DNA from: an uncultured Bacteroidia bacterium
GTDB taxonomy: Bacteria > Bacteroidota > Bacteroidia > Bacteroidales > UBA932
Assembly: GCA_902782225.1 (NCBI GenBank)
Contig: CACZMF010000011.1
Location: forward strand, 3,127 to 67,126
Direction of reading: 5' to 3'
Length of the DNA stretch: 64,000 bases
The notes beneath the pieces are model-generated. The model was not told where the DNA came from. It saw only the letters and a list, made by a program, of their open reading frames with translations, and did not search any database. Position numbers and translations under genes: made by a program. This document shows, in pieces, positions 19,730 to 27,714 of this stretch (positions within the stretch are counted from its first letter, which is position 1; the number at the start of each line of letters is the position of its first letter).

Positions 19730-21283
19730 ATGCATCTTAACATTATAATAACCTTAATTCTGCTAGCCTCGCTCTCCTGTACGCCAAAAAGTACAGAGAG
19801 AGCCGAGGCGATGCGTTTGAGTGCAAGCGTACTTGAATATGCACATTCCAGCCTTGTGCTCACCCAGCGCTATTGGGAGAAAGGCGACAAGTTTGACGCA
19901 ATATTGACTTCTGACGGATCGCGCACCGTAGTCGAGCCCGCCTCGGACGGCGGCTCGCCCTATGCCGGGTGCTTTGTTGAAGCACCTGCAGGAAAAGCAA
20001 CCGGAGTTATTGGAGTTTATCCTTCCGGATCAGGTGCAGAATGGCAAAACGGACAGATTTGCTTCGATATCCCGGAGCAGCAGGACGGCAAGCCGGTGAC
20101 ATTGTCGGCAGGTTATGTTGAGGGTTCCCCCGGCGTTTACACCCCATATTCGCTCGAGATGGCGCCTATGTACAGTCTTGTCATGGTATCTCTGGCGCAT
20201 ATGCCATATATGGTCAAGGCATTGACGCTCAGAGCCAGCGACGGCTCAATGCTCAGCGGCCGCTGCACTCTGGACCCATTGGACGGGACCCGCTTGGCCT
20301 CGCGGCCTTCGGTGCATGTCTCGTTCCCCGAGCCACTCGACTGCCGGAGCGCCCAGGCAGTTGTGCCGGTGATGATACTGCCCGATCCGTCCGGAATGTC
20401 ATTCAACGCCTTTCTTGAGGACATAAGCGGCCGGAGCATTGTCATCGAAGACGTCGTAGACTTTTCGAAAGAAATGAACAGGCCTTATACGATAGGAACA
20501 TCCCTCGCAATCAACCCTAAGCAGGATCTCTCCAATATCCGGAGGATAAAAGACGCCGGAATAGAGTGGATTGAAGTAACCTGCAATTCTTTCCAGAGAA
20601 ACAAACCTGAGGAGGAATGGGAGCGGGGTGCAGAAAATATACGCAGCATTATCGAAAGCCTTGGCCTCAACGTGTGGTCCTGCCATCTTCCTTTCAGCAA
20701 GACCCTTGACATCTCTTTGACCGACCCCGAAGCGAGAAGGGAAAGCGTAGAAATACAAAAGCGGATGATCCGCATGTGCGGCGAAAAATTTCATCCCAAA
20801 AGACTTGTGCTGCACCCCAGCAGCGAGCCAATTGCCGATTCGGAGCGCAAAGCCCGGCTTGACTGCGCCAGGGAATCAATAAAAGAGCTTCTGCCCCTGG
20901 CAAAGGAAATCGGAGCCGTACTCTGTATAGAAAACCTCCCGCGTACATGCCTGGGACGAGTCACAGATGAGCTGAAATACATCCTTGAGCCTTTCCCCGA
21001 ATTGATGGTCTGCTTCGACACGAACCATCTTCTCATTGAAAGTCACGAAAAGTTCTTCCATGAACTGGGAGACCGGATCGGGACTATACATGTATCCGAC
21101 TATGACCGCATAGACGAGCGCCACGACCTCCCGGGCAATGGGGTAATTGACTGGCCGGCGTTCCACTACATGTTACGCCAGTGCGGTTATGACGGTATTT
21201 TCATGTACGAAGTAAAGTCCTCTAAAGGCACTCCTGCCGATTTGGTACAAGCATATAAAAACACTATCTTTACCGAACCGTGA
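19730..21283 (+). CDS. Exported lipoprotein: N-terminal ~250-aa domain fused to a xylose-isomerase-like TIM barrel (AP-endonuclease-2 / sugar phosphate isomerase-epimerase family)
   Basis: Signal MHLNIIITLILLASLSC. C-terminal half: GIEWIEVTCNSF, WSCHLPF, RLVLHPS, LCIENLP, CFDTNHL, IHVSDYD. This spacing is typical of the metal-binding TIM-barrel family. Confidence 0.7.
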   Translation: MHLNIIITLILLASLSCTPKSTERAEAMRLSASVLEYAHSSLVLTQRYWEKGDKFDAILTSDGSRTVVEPASDGGSPYAGCFVEAPAGKATGVIGVYPSGSGAEWQNGQICFDIPEQQDGKPVTLSAGYVEGSPGVYTPYSLEMAPMYSLVMVSLAHMPYMVKALTLRASDGSMLSGRCTLDPLDGTRLASRPSVHVSFPEPLDCRSAQAVVPVMILPDPSGMSFNAFLEDISGRSIVIEDVVDFSKEMNRPYTIGTSLAINPKQDLSNIRRIKDAGIEWIEVTCNSFQRNKPEEEWERGAENIRSIIESLGLNVWSCHLPFSKTLDISLTDPEARRESVEIQKRMIRMCGEKFHPKRLVLHPSSEPIADSERKARLDCARESIKELLPLAKEIGAVLCIENLPRTCLGRVTDELKYILEPFPELMVCFDTNHLLIESHEKFFHELGDRIGTIHVSDYDRIDERHDLPGNGVIDWPAFHYMLRQCGYDGIFMYEVKSSKGTPADLVQAYKNTIFTEP

Positions 21284-22956
21284 AAAAGTTCAACCTACCT
21301 ATCGTTTTATTGGCCGCAGCTTCAGTTCTGTCCTTTACATCCTGCAATGGTAAAGAACAGAGCGGCCCGGCTCAGGTCACCAAGACCAATATAACCTTCC
21401 TTAGCGGCCGATATGCCGACGGGCGGCTTAAGCCGGTGGTATTACAGGAATCAGACGAAGTGGCGCTTTTGCATGCCGCATCCGGAGAAAAGAGCGTGAG
21501 CACCCCGCTCACCCCTGGCAGCAATTCGTCCCTCTTCCTTTTTGATCTGAAGAAGCCCAAGAAGGGTGATCAGCTTGCTGCCTGGTTCCCTGCAAATTCC
21601 GGTTTTACCGTTGACGCTTCCAGCGCCAGCTTTGAATTCCCCGCCCGGCAGGACGGCTCTGAATTTCCCAATGTGTTTTTCGGCTCGACCAAGAACACGG
21701 GCGACAATTATGCCGGGAATTCAATCAAACTCAATCCTGTGTGCGCACTTATCCTCGCCAAGGTTTCTAAAGGAGGATACTCTGTAACCCGTGCTGTTTT
21801 GAAAGCAAACGGCGGGGAAAACATAGCGGGAACCGTGACGATCAATTTGGAAAGCGGCCAATTCAGCTGCACACAGCCGTCAATAACCATGGAGCCCCCT
21901 CAGCAGATCGACTGTTCGGCGGGTAACGGGATCATCCCAATATTTGTTCCTCCGGTGGAGCTTAGCAAGGGTTTCAGCATCGAATTCACGCTATCCACCG
22001 GGAAGGTTATAACATATAGCAACGAAGAGTCGCTAAAACTCAGCCCCGGCTCGCTTGTGGATACCGACCCTCTGAGCGCCAACCGCTCGCTTATTGCTTG
22101 CGGAAGCAATAAGGTCTATGTCTTCGACGAAGCCCTTGCGAAGAAAAACGGGCGTTACAACAATGCCCTCACCTGGAGTTGGGATGCCAAGGCTGCAGCC
22201 GGCACGGTAGGCATGTCTGCAAGCAGGATGGACCATATCGATGATGCCAAGCCGGTGGCGGACGGCAAGAAGTTCCTGGTGACCAGTTCGTACGGTTGGG
22301 CACTCCTGCTCAACAAGGATACCAAGACGGTTGAATGGTCGTCAAATGGCACCACAAACGCTCATTCAGCCGAGCTGCTGCCCTCAGAACGCATTGTAGT
22401 TGCCTGCTCGGACGGTGGCGACGCCGTCAAACTGTTCAGTTCATCATCCTCTGCCGAGCTGGCCAGTTATCCTCTTCAGTCTGCCCACGGAGTGGTCTGG
22501 AGCGAGAAGCACCAGCGTTTGTTTGCAATTGGAGGTACATCTCTGCAAATCTATTCCCTAAAGAATTGGGATAGTGCCAGCCCCTCGCTTTCACTTGAAA
22601 GCACCGTTAACACAAAATCGTTCGTCACAGGCCTTCACGATATGACCCTTGCGGATGAAAATACCCTGATTATCGGAGGAAACAAGGCTGCGCTTTACGA
22701 CATTCCGTCCAAGTCCTTAAAGCAGTTAGGGCACTTCAACAGCTACCAGGGCGTGAAGTCCGTCAACTACAATCCCGATACAGGTGAAGCTTATTATACC
22801 TACGCCTGGAAAGGGCATTCTGAAGGAGATTACGACTGGTCAAGCCACAAAGTGCGCTACACCGACGATATCTTCGCCAACGACGGCGGTGTGGACAAGA
22901 GCACTATTGAGGTCGCGGATATCAATATGTACAAGGTCCGGGTGCTTAACTGGTAA
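21280..22956 (+). CDS. Lipoprotein with N-terminal fimbrillin-like module and C-terminal DUF6528-like putative beta-propeller
   Basis: GTG start in a GTGA overlap with the upstream stop. MKKFNLPIVLLAAASVLSFTSC lipobox. C-terminal half (LIACGSNKVYVFD.., TWSWDAK.., TNAHSAELLPSERIVVACSDGG, HGVVWSEKHQRLFAIGG) resembles the DUF6528 family as I remember it. Confidence 0.55.
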   Translation: MKKFNLPIVLLAAASVLSFTSCNGKEQSGPAQVTKTNITFLSGRYADGRLKPVVLQESDEVALLHAASGEKSVSTPLTPGSNSSLFLFDLKKPKKGDQLAAWFPANSGFTVDASSASFEFPARQDGSEFPNVFFGSTKNTGDNYAGNSIKLNPVCALILAKVSKGGYSVTRAVLKANGGENIAGTVTINLESGQFSCTQPSITMEPPQQIDCSAGNGIIPIFVPPVELSKGFSIEFTLSTGKVITYSNEESLKLSPGSLVDTDPLSANRSLIACGSNKVYVFDEALAKKNGRYNNALTWSWDAKAAAGTVGMSASRMDHIDDAKPVADGKKFLVTSSYGWALLLNKDTKTVEWSSNGTTNAHSAELLPSERIVVACSDGGDAVKLFSSSSSAELASYPLQSAHGVVWSEKHQRLFAIGGTSLQIYSLKNWDSASPSLSLESTVNTKSFVTGLHDMTLADENTLIIGGNKAALYDIPSKSLKQLGHFNSYQGVKSVNYNPDTGEAYYTYAWKGHSEGDYDWSSHKVRYTDDIFANDGGVDKSTIEVADINMYKVRVLNW

Positions 22957-22993
22957 ATCATCTTAGCCAATAAGGATATTGTCCCTTTTTTAT

Positions 22994-23001
22994 TATTTTT
23001 G
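22994..23001 (+). promoter_or_regulatory. Bacteroidetes -7 promoter box TAttTTTG
   Basis: Exact TAnnTTTG match 18 nt upstream of ATG 23019. It overlaps the track's GTG start at 23001, which argues against that start. Confidence 0.5.
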
Positions 23002-23018
23002 TGGCAGCTAATGACCAT

Positions 23019-23954
23019 ATGATGAAAAAGTACTTTCTTTTAGTTTTCCTTGCGCTTGCTGCCCTGATTGTGTCCTGTGGTAAGACTCCCGTCTCTGATC
23101 CCGTCGAAAAAGAAGATGAAGAGACCGCCACGCCTTCCACTCCCGCCACTCCGTCCGAGCCCAAGGACTATACGATAAAGGTAATATCATACAATATCCG
23201 CGTCCCGAGCAACGAGACGAACCCGGACAACAACTGGCCGGTGCGCAAGCCGGGCACGCCCGCAATGCTGCTGGCCCAGAAGCCCACGGTTTTCGGCCTT
23301 CAGGAAGCGGTGACGGAGCAAATCAACTACATAGTCGAAAATGTCCCCGGCTACAGCTATTATGGTGTCGGCCGCGACAACGGCAAGCCAATCCCGGGAG
23401 CTTCCGGAGAGATAATGGCTATCTTCTGGGACAACAAGCAGGTGGAGGCCGTGGACTGGGGCACTTTCTGGCTTTCCGAGACGCCAGACAGGGTGTCTCT
23501 GGGCTGGGATGCCGCCTGTCGCCGCACGGCCACCTGGGGCATATTCCTGCACAAGGAGTCAGGGCGCAAGTTCTTTTATGTCAACACGCACCTCGACCAC
23601 AAGGGCGCCACTGCCCGCAAGGAGGGCCTTAAGCTGATTGTCAGCAAGATAGCCGAACTTAACACGGAGAAGCTCCCGGTCATCCTGACCGGAGATTTCA
23701 ACGTGAAGCCCACCGACGCGAGCGTGGAAGTGTTACGCGGCACCCTCCAGGACGCCAGAGTCGTTGCCCCCGTCACCGACACGGACAATACCTACAATGC
23801 CTGGACGGCCAAGGGCAAGAGCATAATCGACTACATCTGGTTCAGCGGCTTCGACGGCATCTTGTATTACCATACCCTGCGCGATGCCTACGGCGGCGTG
23901 TCCCTGATTTCAGACCATTACCCTGTCAGCGCGGGCCTGTTGCTGAGAGGCTGA
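23019..23954 (+). CDS. Exported endonuclease/exonuclease/phosphatase (EEP) family protein
   Basis: MMKKYFLLVFLALAALIVSC lipobox. EEP motifs: IKVISYNIRV, VFGLQEA, NTHLDHKG, LTGDFNV, IDYIW, LISDHYPV. Confidence 0.85.
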   Translation: MMKKYFLLVFLALAALIVSCGKTPVSDPVEKEDEETATPSTPATPSEPKDYTIKVISYNIRVPSNETNPDNNWPVRKPGTPAMLLAQKPTVFGLQEAVTEQINYIVENVPGYSYYGVGRDNGKPIPGASGEIMAIFWDNKQVEAVDWGTFWLSETPDRVSLGWDAACRRTATWGIFLHKESGRKFFYVNTHLDHKGATARKEGLKLIVSKIAELNTEKLPVILTGDFNVKPTDASVEVLRGTLQDARVVAPVTDTDNTYNAWTAKGKSIIDYIWFSGFDGILYYHTLRDAYGGVSLISDHYPVSAGLLLRG

Positions 23955-23965
23955 CCCCGCCGTGG

Positions 23966-24146
23966 GCTGCCGGACAAGGCCTGATTATGCTGCCGGGCAA
24001 GGCCTGTGGCTGCCGGGCAAGGTCTTATTATGCTGCCGGGCAAGGTCGATTTAGGTGGCCGGGACCTTGCCCGCCAATATGCCTCTCATGCCCCTGCAGA
24101 CCATCTTCGCGGGCAAGATCCCCCATCAATAATTAGACCTTGCCCG
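23966..24146. repeat. Array of GCTGCCGG(A/G)CAAGG(C/T)C motifs: four direct copies, then inverted and degenerate copies
   Basis: Direct copies start at 23966, 23989, 24009 and 24032 (period 20-23 nt). Inverted core GACCTTGCCCG at 24063 and 24136. Degenerate direct CGGGCAAGATC at 24110. Lies between convergent genes. Confidence 0.85.
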
Positions 24147-24168
24147 CTGCGCCCCAGTACTTCGTGCC

Positions 24169-24366
24169 GTGACGGGACTGTGGTGGTGCTGAGAGTCCCG
24201 TCGCAGAGGAGGAAAGGCGTGCTGGCGGCCATCTCCGTGGGATGACGGGACTGTGGCGGTGCTGAGAGTCCCGTCGCAGAGCAGGGCGGAAGCCTTTTCC
24301 TCAGGGCTGTGACGGGACTGTGGCGGCGCTGAGAGTCCCGTCGTAGAGCATGGCGGAAGCCTTTTC
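24169..24366. repeat. Three tandem copies (period 73 and 67 nt) of a hairpin unit GACGGGACT-N14-AGTCCCGTC
   Basis: Hairpins at 24171-24202, 24244-24275 and 24311-24342. Copies 2 and 3 align over ~57 nt with 4 mismatches. Copy 3 lies inside the 3' end of the tlpA-like CDS. Confidence 0.9.
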
Positions 24367-24906
24367 GGCGACGACGGTAGCCAGAAGGATTTTCCCGTCG
24401 GGGCCTATCACATACAGGGACGGTATCCATTTCACGCCGTAGGCTTCTGCCACGGCAGACTCTTTCTTGCCGGCGGGATCGAACAGCTGGAGGCCCGGGA
24501 GGGGATTCTCCTGCGAGAATTCCTTGAGGGCATCGAGGGTCCTGTCGAACGAGACGGACACGAACGCCACCTGTCCGGGGTCGGCCGCAGCGCGCATTTC
24601 CCGCAGCAGGGGCAGTTCGGCACGGCAATCCGGGCACCACGAGGCCCAGAAGACCAGAAGAACCTTCTTGCCCCGGAAATCTGACAGGCGGTGGCTGACG
24701 CCATCGATGTCGGCAAGCGTGAAGTCCGGAGCCTCACTTCCGACGGGCAGAAGGTCGGCGCCATACTGAACGTCGGGGTCCTCCTCGGCGGCCTCGGTTT
24801 GAGGGGACTCACCGGAGGCCTCCGGCTGTGCTGCGAATTTGTAGATTACGAAACCGGCCGCTATAAGCAGAACCAGGGTAAGGCCGTATATGAGTTTCTT
24901 TTTCAT
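24301..24906 (-). CDS. TlpA/ResA-family thiol-disulfide oxidoreductase (thioredoxin fold), membrane-anchored
   Basis: N-terminal TM helix LIYGLTLVLLIAAGFVIY. Active site FWASWCPDC (CxxC). Family-typical GVKWIPSLYVIGPDGKI. Confidence 0.85.
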   Translation of the reverse strand: MKKKLIYGLTLVLLIAAGFVIYKFAAQPEASGESPQTEAAEEDPDVQYGADLLPVGSEAPDFTLADIDGVSHRLSDFRGKKVLLVFWASWCPDCRAELPLLREMRAAADPGQVAFVSVSFDRTLDALKEFSQENPLPGLQLFDPAGKKESAVAEAYGVKWIPSLYVIGPDGKILLATVVAEKASAMLYDGTLSAATVPSQP

Positions 24907-24944
24907 TGTGCTGAAACATTAATAGTCAAACAAATAGCCGCGGC

Positions 24945-25943
24945 TTAATCGCTGGCGATGACGGCGAGGCCGGGGCCGATGGCGCGCTCGGAGCCGTCCG
25001 AGGGCATGTTGCGGATCTGGAACTGGTCGTTGGAGCGGACGATGAATGTTGAGGAGCCGCCGCCGTCGAGGTTGATGGCGTCATGGCTGCCGAGGGCCTT
25101 CATGATCTTCTGCATGTCGGGGTAGTTCATCCCGACGGCAAGCACGCTGTTGCGCCCGTCCAGCACCACCAGCACTATCTTCAGCTGGTCTTCGGAGACC
25201 CCGATCATGGTGCGGGGATGGATCCCGTAGACGCTGTCCTGCAGGAACCCCGAGAGCTCGCCGCCGCGGACGAGGAACTGCCCGCCGCTGAAGGCCTCAG
25301 TCAGGCTGATTTTGGCCTTCACGACCGGGTACTGCGCGCTCGGCTCTATGTGCACCTTCTCGTCCTCGCCCCAGTACACGAAGCAGCGCGGGCGCGTGGC
25401 TTCCGATGCGAAGACGTTGCGCAGGCACTTGCCGTTGTGCCAGAATATGCCCTGGGCGCGTCCGGCGTCGGTGCCGTCGGTCGTGAAGAAGTCGGTGTTG
25501 GTGCCTCCGATGACCCGGGAGCCGGGGGCGTCGATGCGCTTGAACTGCTCGCTAAGTCTCTCACGCCCCTTGTTGAAAGTGGTCGTGGCGCCGCCCGGGA
25601 CGGTGTTGGTGATGCTGACCGTTTCGTCCGAAAGGTCCACCTGCATGACGAACACGGCCTGCGGGGAGCCGGCGTAGTCGGTGTAGCGTATCTCGCTGAC
25701 TTCCACGCCTCTATGCGGGCTGTAGCTGGTGCTGGACTTGACTGTGCCGATGAGTCCGGCGTCCTGCAGGGCAGCCACTGCATCGACCGGGTAGGTCTTT
25801 TCCTGGGGCGTTTGAGGCTCCGAAGGTTCCTCGGGCTCAACGGGAGTGACCGGCTTTGGCTCCGGAAGGTCGGGCCTTGATGGCTCGCAGGAGGGAAGCA
25901 GGCAAAGTGCAATCAGTGAAAGATAAACAAGCAACTTTTTCAT
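24945..25943 (-). CDS. Phosphodiester glycosidase family lipoprotein (NAGPA/DUF2233-like), copy 1
   Basis: Lipobox ..LCLLPSC plus a Pro/Glu linker. Family motifs IHPRTMIGVSEDQLKIVLVVLDGR and DAINLDGGGSSTF. 4-nt overlap with the upstream gene. Confidence 0.8.
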   Translation of the reverse strand: MKKLLVYLSLIALCLLPSCEPSRPDLPEPKPVTPVEPEEPSEPQTPQEKTYPVDAVAALQDAGLIGTVKSSTSYSPHRGVEVSEIRYTDYAGSPQAVFVMQVDLSDETVSITNTVPGGATTTFNKGRERLSEQFKRIDAPGSRVIGGTNTDFFTTDGTDAGRAQGIFWHNGKCLRNVFASEATRPRCFVYWGEDEKVHIEPSAQYPVVKAKISLTEAFSGGQFLVRGGELSGFLQDSVYGIHPRTMIGVSEDQLKIVLVVLDGRNSVLAVGMNYPDMQKIMKALGSHDAINLDGGGSSTFIVRSNDQFQIRNMPSDGSERAIGPGLAVIASD

Positions 25944-26656
25944 AGCAGCAACTTTAATATGGCTTTGGGGTCGGCTTCGGGGAGGCTTTCCCGGACTTTA
26001 TCTACGAGCATACGGAGGGATTCTTCGGGGGAGTGGTCCACGTCGAGGCTGCGCAGGCCGTCGCCGGGGAAGCCCGCAAGCCCCACGAAGTCCCCTTCCG
26101 TGCAGAAGAGGGATTCGGGGGTGCAGAACGATGAGGTCTGCCAGCCGTTGTAGTGGAGGTCGGGCCCGCGATAGACGCGGATAATGTCGCCGGTGACCAG
26201 CCGCGTCTGCCACTGGAGTTTGGCCACTGCCGCGTCGGCTGCGCTTTTCTTGACGCCGAGCAGCTGCCGCACTTCGCGTATGCTGATCGAGCCGTGGTCG
26301 CGGACATAATCCAGGATGGCCTGCCCGGAAGCGTCGGGAAGGCCTTTCTTGATTGAACGGCGGTAGTTGCGCAGCTCGCGGTACCAGTCCACCGTGGCAA
26401 ACGCCGCCTTGTGGGCGCCGATGAACTTGCCATAGGCCACGTCGCCGCTGCGCACCACCTCGATTTTCCAGTCCCAGGGGCCCAGGTTGTCGTCGGTGAA
26501 CCAGCAGTCGGCCGGGGTGTGCTCCTCCACGGACCACCCTGGAACGGCGTTCTCGAAGAAGGGCACCATGCCCAGCGCCTTGACCAGCCCGTACATTGAC
26601 TCAGGGCTGCGGACCTCCGGCTTCAGGCCGGCGGAGTTTTGCCTGCCTATCGACAT
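25940..26656 (-). CDS. AlkZ-related / YcaQ-like winged-helix protein (tentative)
   Basis: Track ORF starts at 26671, but a TAnnTTTG box (26661-26668, minus strand) lies inside that extension, so ATG 26656 (MSIGRQ) or a later Met is preferred. Family assignment rests on remembered similarity (MVPFFENAVPGWSVEE..GPWDWK..YGKF) and is weak. Confidence 0.4.
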   Translation of the reverse strand: MSIGRQNSAGLKPEVRSPESMYGLVKALGMVPFFENAVPGWSVEEHTPADCWFTDDNLGPWDWKIEVVRSGDVAYGKFIGAHKAAFATVDWYRELRNYRRSIKKGLPDASGQAILDYVRDHGSISIREVRQLLGVKKSAADAAVAKLQWQTRLVTGDIIRVYRGPDLHYNGWQTSSFCTPESLFCTEGDFVGLAGFPGDGLRSLDVDHSPEESLRMLVDKVRESLPEADPKAILKLLL

Positions 26657-26660
26657 AAGG

Positions 26661-26668
26661 CAAAAATA
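26661..26668 (-). promoter_or_regulatory. -7 promoter box TATTTTTG (minus strand)
   Basis: Plus strand reads CAAAAATA. The G of the box is 5 nt from ATG 26656. Confidence 0.45.
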
Positions 26669-26679
26669 CAAAAAAACAT

Positions 26680-26687
26680 TAATTTTG
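26680..26687 (+). promoter_or_regulatory. -7 promoter box TAATTTTG
   Basis: Exact TAnnTTTG match. The G is 11 nt from ATG 26698. Divergent partner of the minus-strand box. Confidence 0.5.
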
Positions 26688-26697
26688 CATAAAACTG

Positions 26698-27714
26698 ATG
26701 AGCATGAAACTTGTCTGTGTCGGCGACACCTATGTCACGCCCGGAATGATGCGCGCCGGGGTGGCCCCTTATATCGGACCTGAAGACAGCCTCGAAGTGC
26801 TGTTCTTCGGCCGCGAGGGGAAGGAAAACATGCGCGAAGTCGTGCGCCGGATCGAAACCGGCGGGCGCGACAGCCTGGAACTCCCGGCCGGCCTGACCGG
26901 CGCCGTGGCGGATGCCGAACTGCTGATAGTGCACCTGTGCCCCGTGACCCGCGCGCTGCTGGAGGCGGCGCCCCGGCTGAAGGCGGTGTGCTCCTGCAGG
27001 GGCGGACTGGAGAACCTGGACGTGGAAGCTGCCCGGGAGCGCGGCGTCATCGTGTCCAACAACCCGGCCCACAATGCCAATGCGGTGGCTGAATACACCG
27101 TGGGCCTGATCATCTGCGAGACGCGCAACATCTGCCGCTCCCACTTTGCCCTGAAAAACGGCGTGTGGCGCAAGGACTACCCCAACAGCGCGCAAGGCAT
27201 CCATGAGCTGCGGGACCTCGTCGTCGGAATCATCGGCTACGGGGCCGTCGGGCGCCTGGTGGCAGAAAAGATGCGCGCGCTCGGGTGCCGCATACTCGTC
27301 AGCGACCCCTTCTGCGGCGGCGCCGGTGATGAATTCGTGCCCCTGGAACGGCTGCTAGCTGAATCCGACGTGGTCACGCTCCACGCCCGGGCGAAAGGGG
27401 CGATCCTGTCCGACCTGGAGCTGGGCCTGATGAAGCCCACGGCCGTGCTGGTCAATACCGCCCGTGCGCACCTGATTGACACTCAGGCCCTACGACGTGC
27501 CCTGGACGAGGGCAAGTTCACCGGCGTGGCGCTCGACGTCTTCGACACTGAGCCCGACATTCCGGAGTTCCTCCGGGGCTACGACCGCGTCACGCTCACC
27601 AGCCACCGCGCCGGCGACACCGTCAATTCCTACGCCGATGCCCCGGCTTTCGCCATAAAGAATTACCTGGACTACCTTTCCGGCAAGCCCCTCCGCTTCC
27701 GCGTGGCGCGCTAA
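26698..27714 (+). CDS. D-isomer-specific 2-hydroxyacid dehydrogenase family protein (NAD-binding)
   Basis: Rossmann motif VGIIGYGAVGRLVAEK. Family motifs ..VTLHARA.. and LVNTARAHLID..ALDVFDTEP; SHRAG. Confidence 0.8.
   Translation: MSMKLVCVGDTYVTPGMMRAGVAPYIGPEDSLEVLFFGREGKENMREVVRRIETGGRDSLELPAGLTGAVADAELLIVHLCPVTRALLEAAPRLKAVCSCRGGLENLDVEAARERGVIVSNNPAHNANAVAEYTVGLIICETRNICRSHFALKNGVWRKDYPNSAQGIHELRDLVVGIIGYGAVGRLVAEKMRALGCRILVSDPFCGGAGDEFVPLERLLAESDVVTLHARAKGAILSDLELGLMKPTAVLVNTARAHLIDTQALRRALDEGKFTGVALDVFDTEPDIPEFLRGYDRVTLTSHRAGDTVNSYADAPAFAIKNYLDYLSGKPLRFRVAR

Noticed and set aside
23966-24366. Possible CRISPR array, because of regularly spaced repeats
   Set aside because: The repeats are only 10-16 nt with ~20-nt phasing, or are 57-73-nt tandem units with no unique spacers. 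Copies occur in both orientations. No cas genes are in the window.
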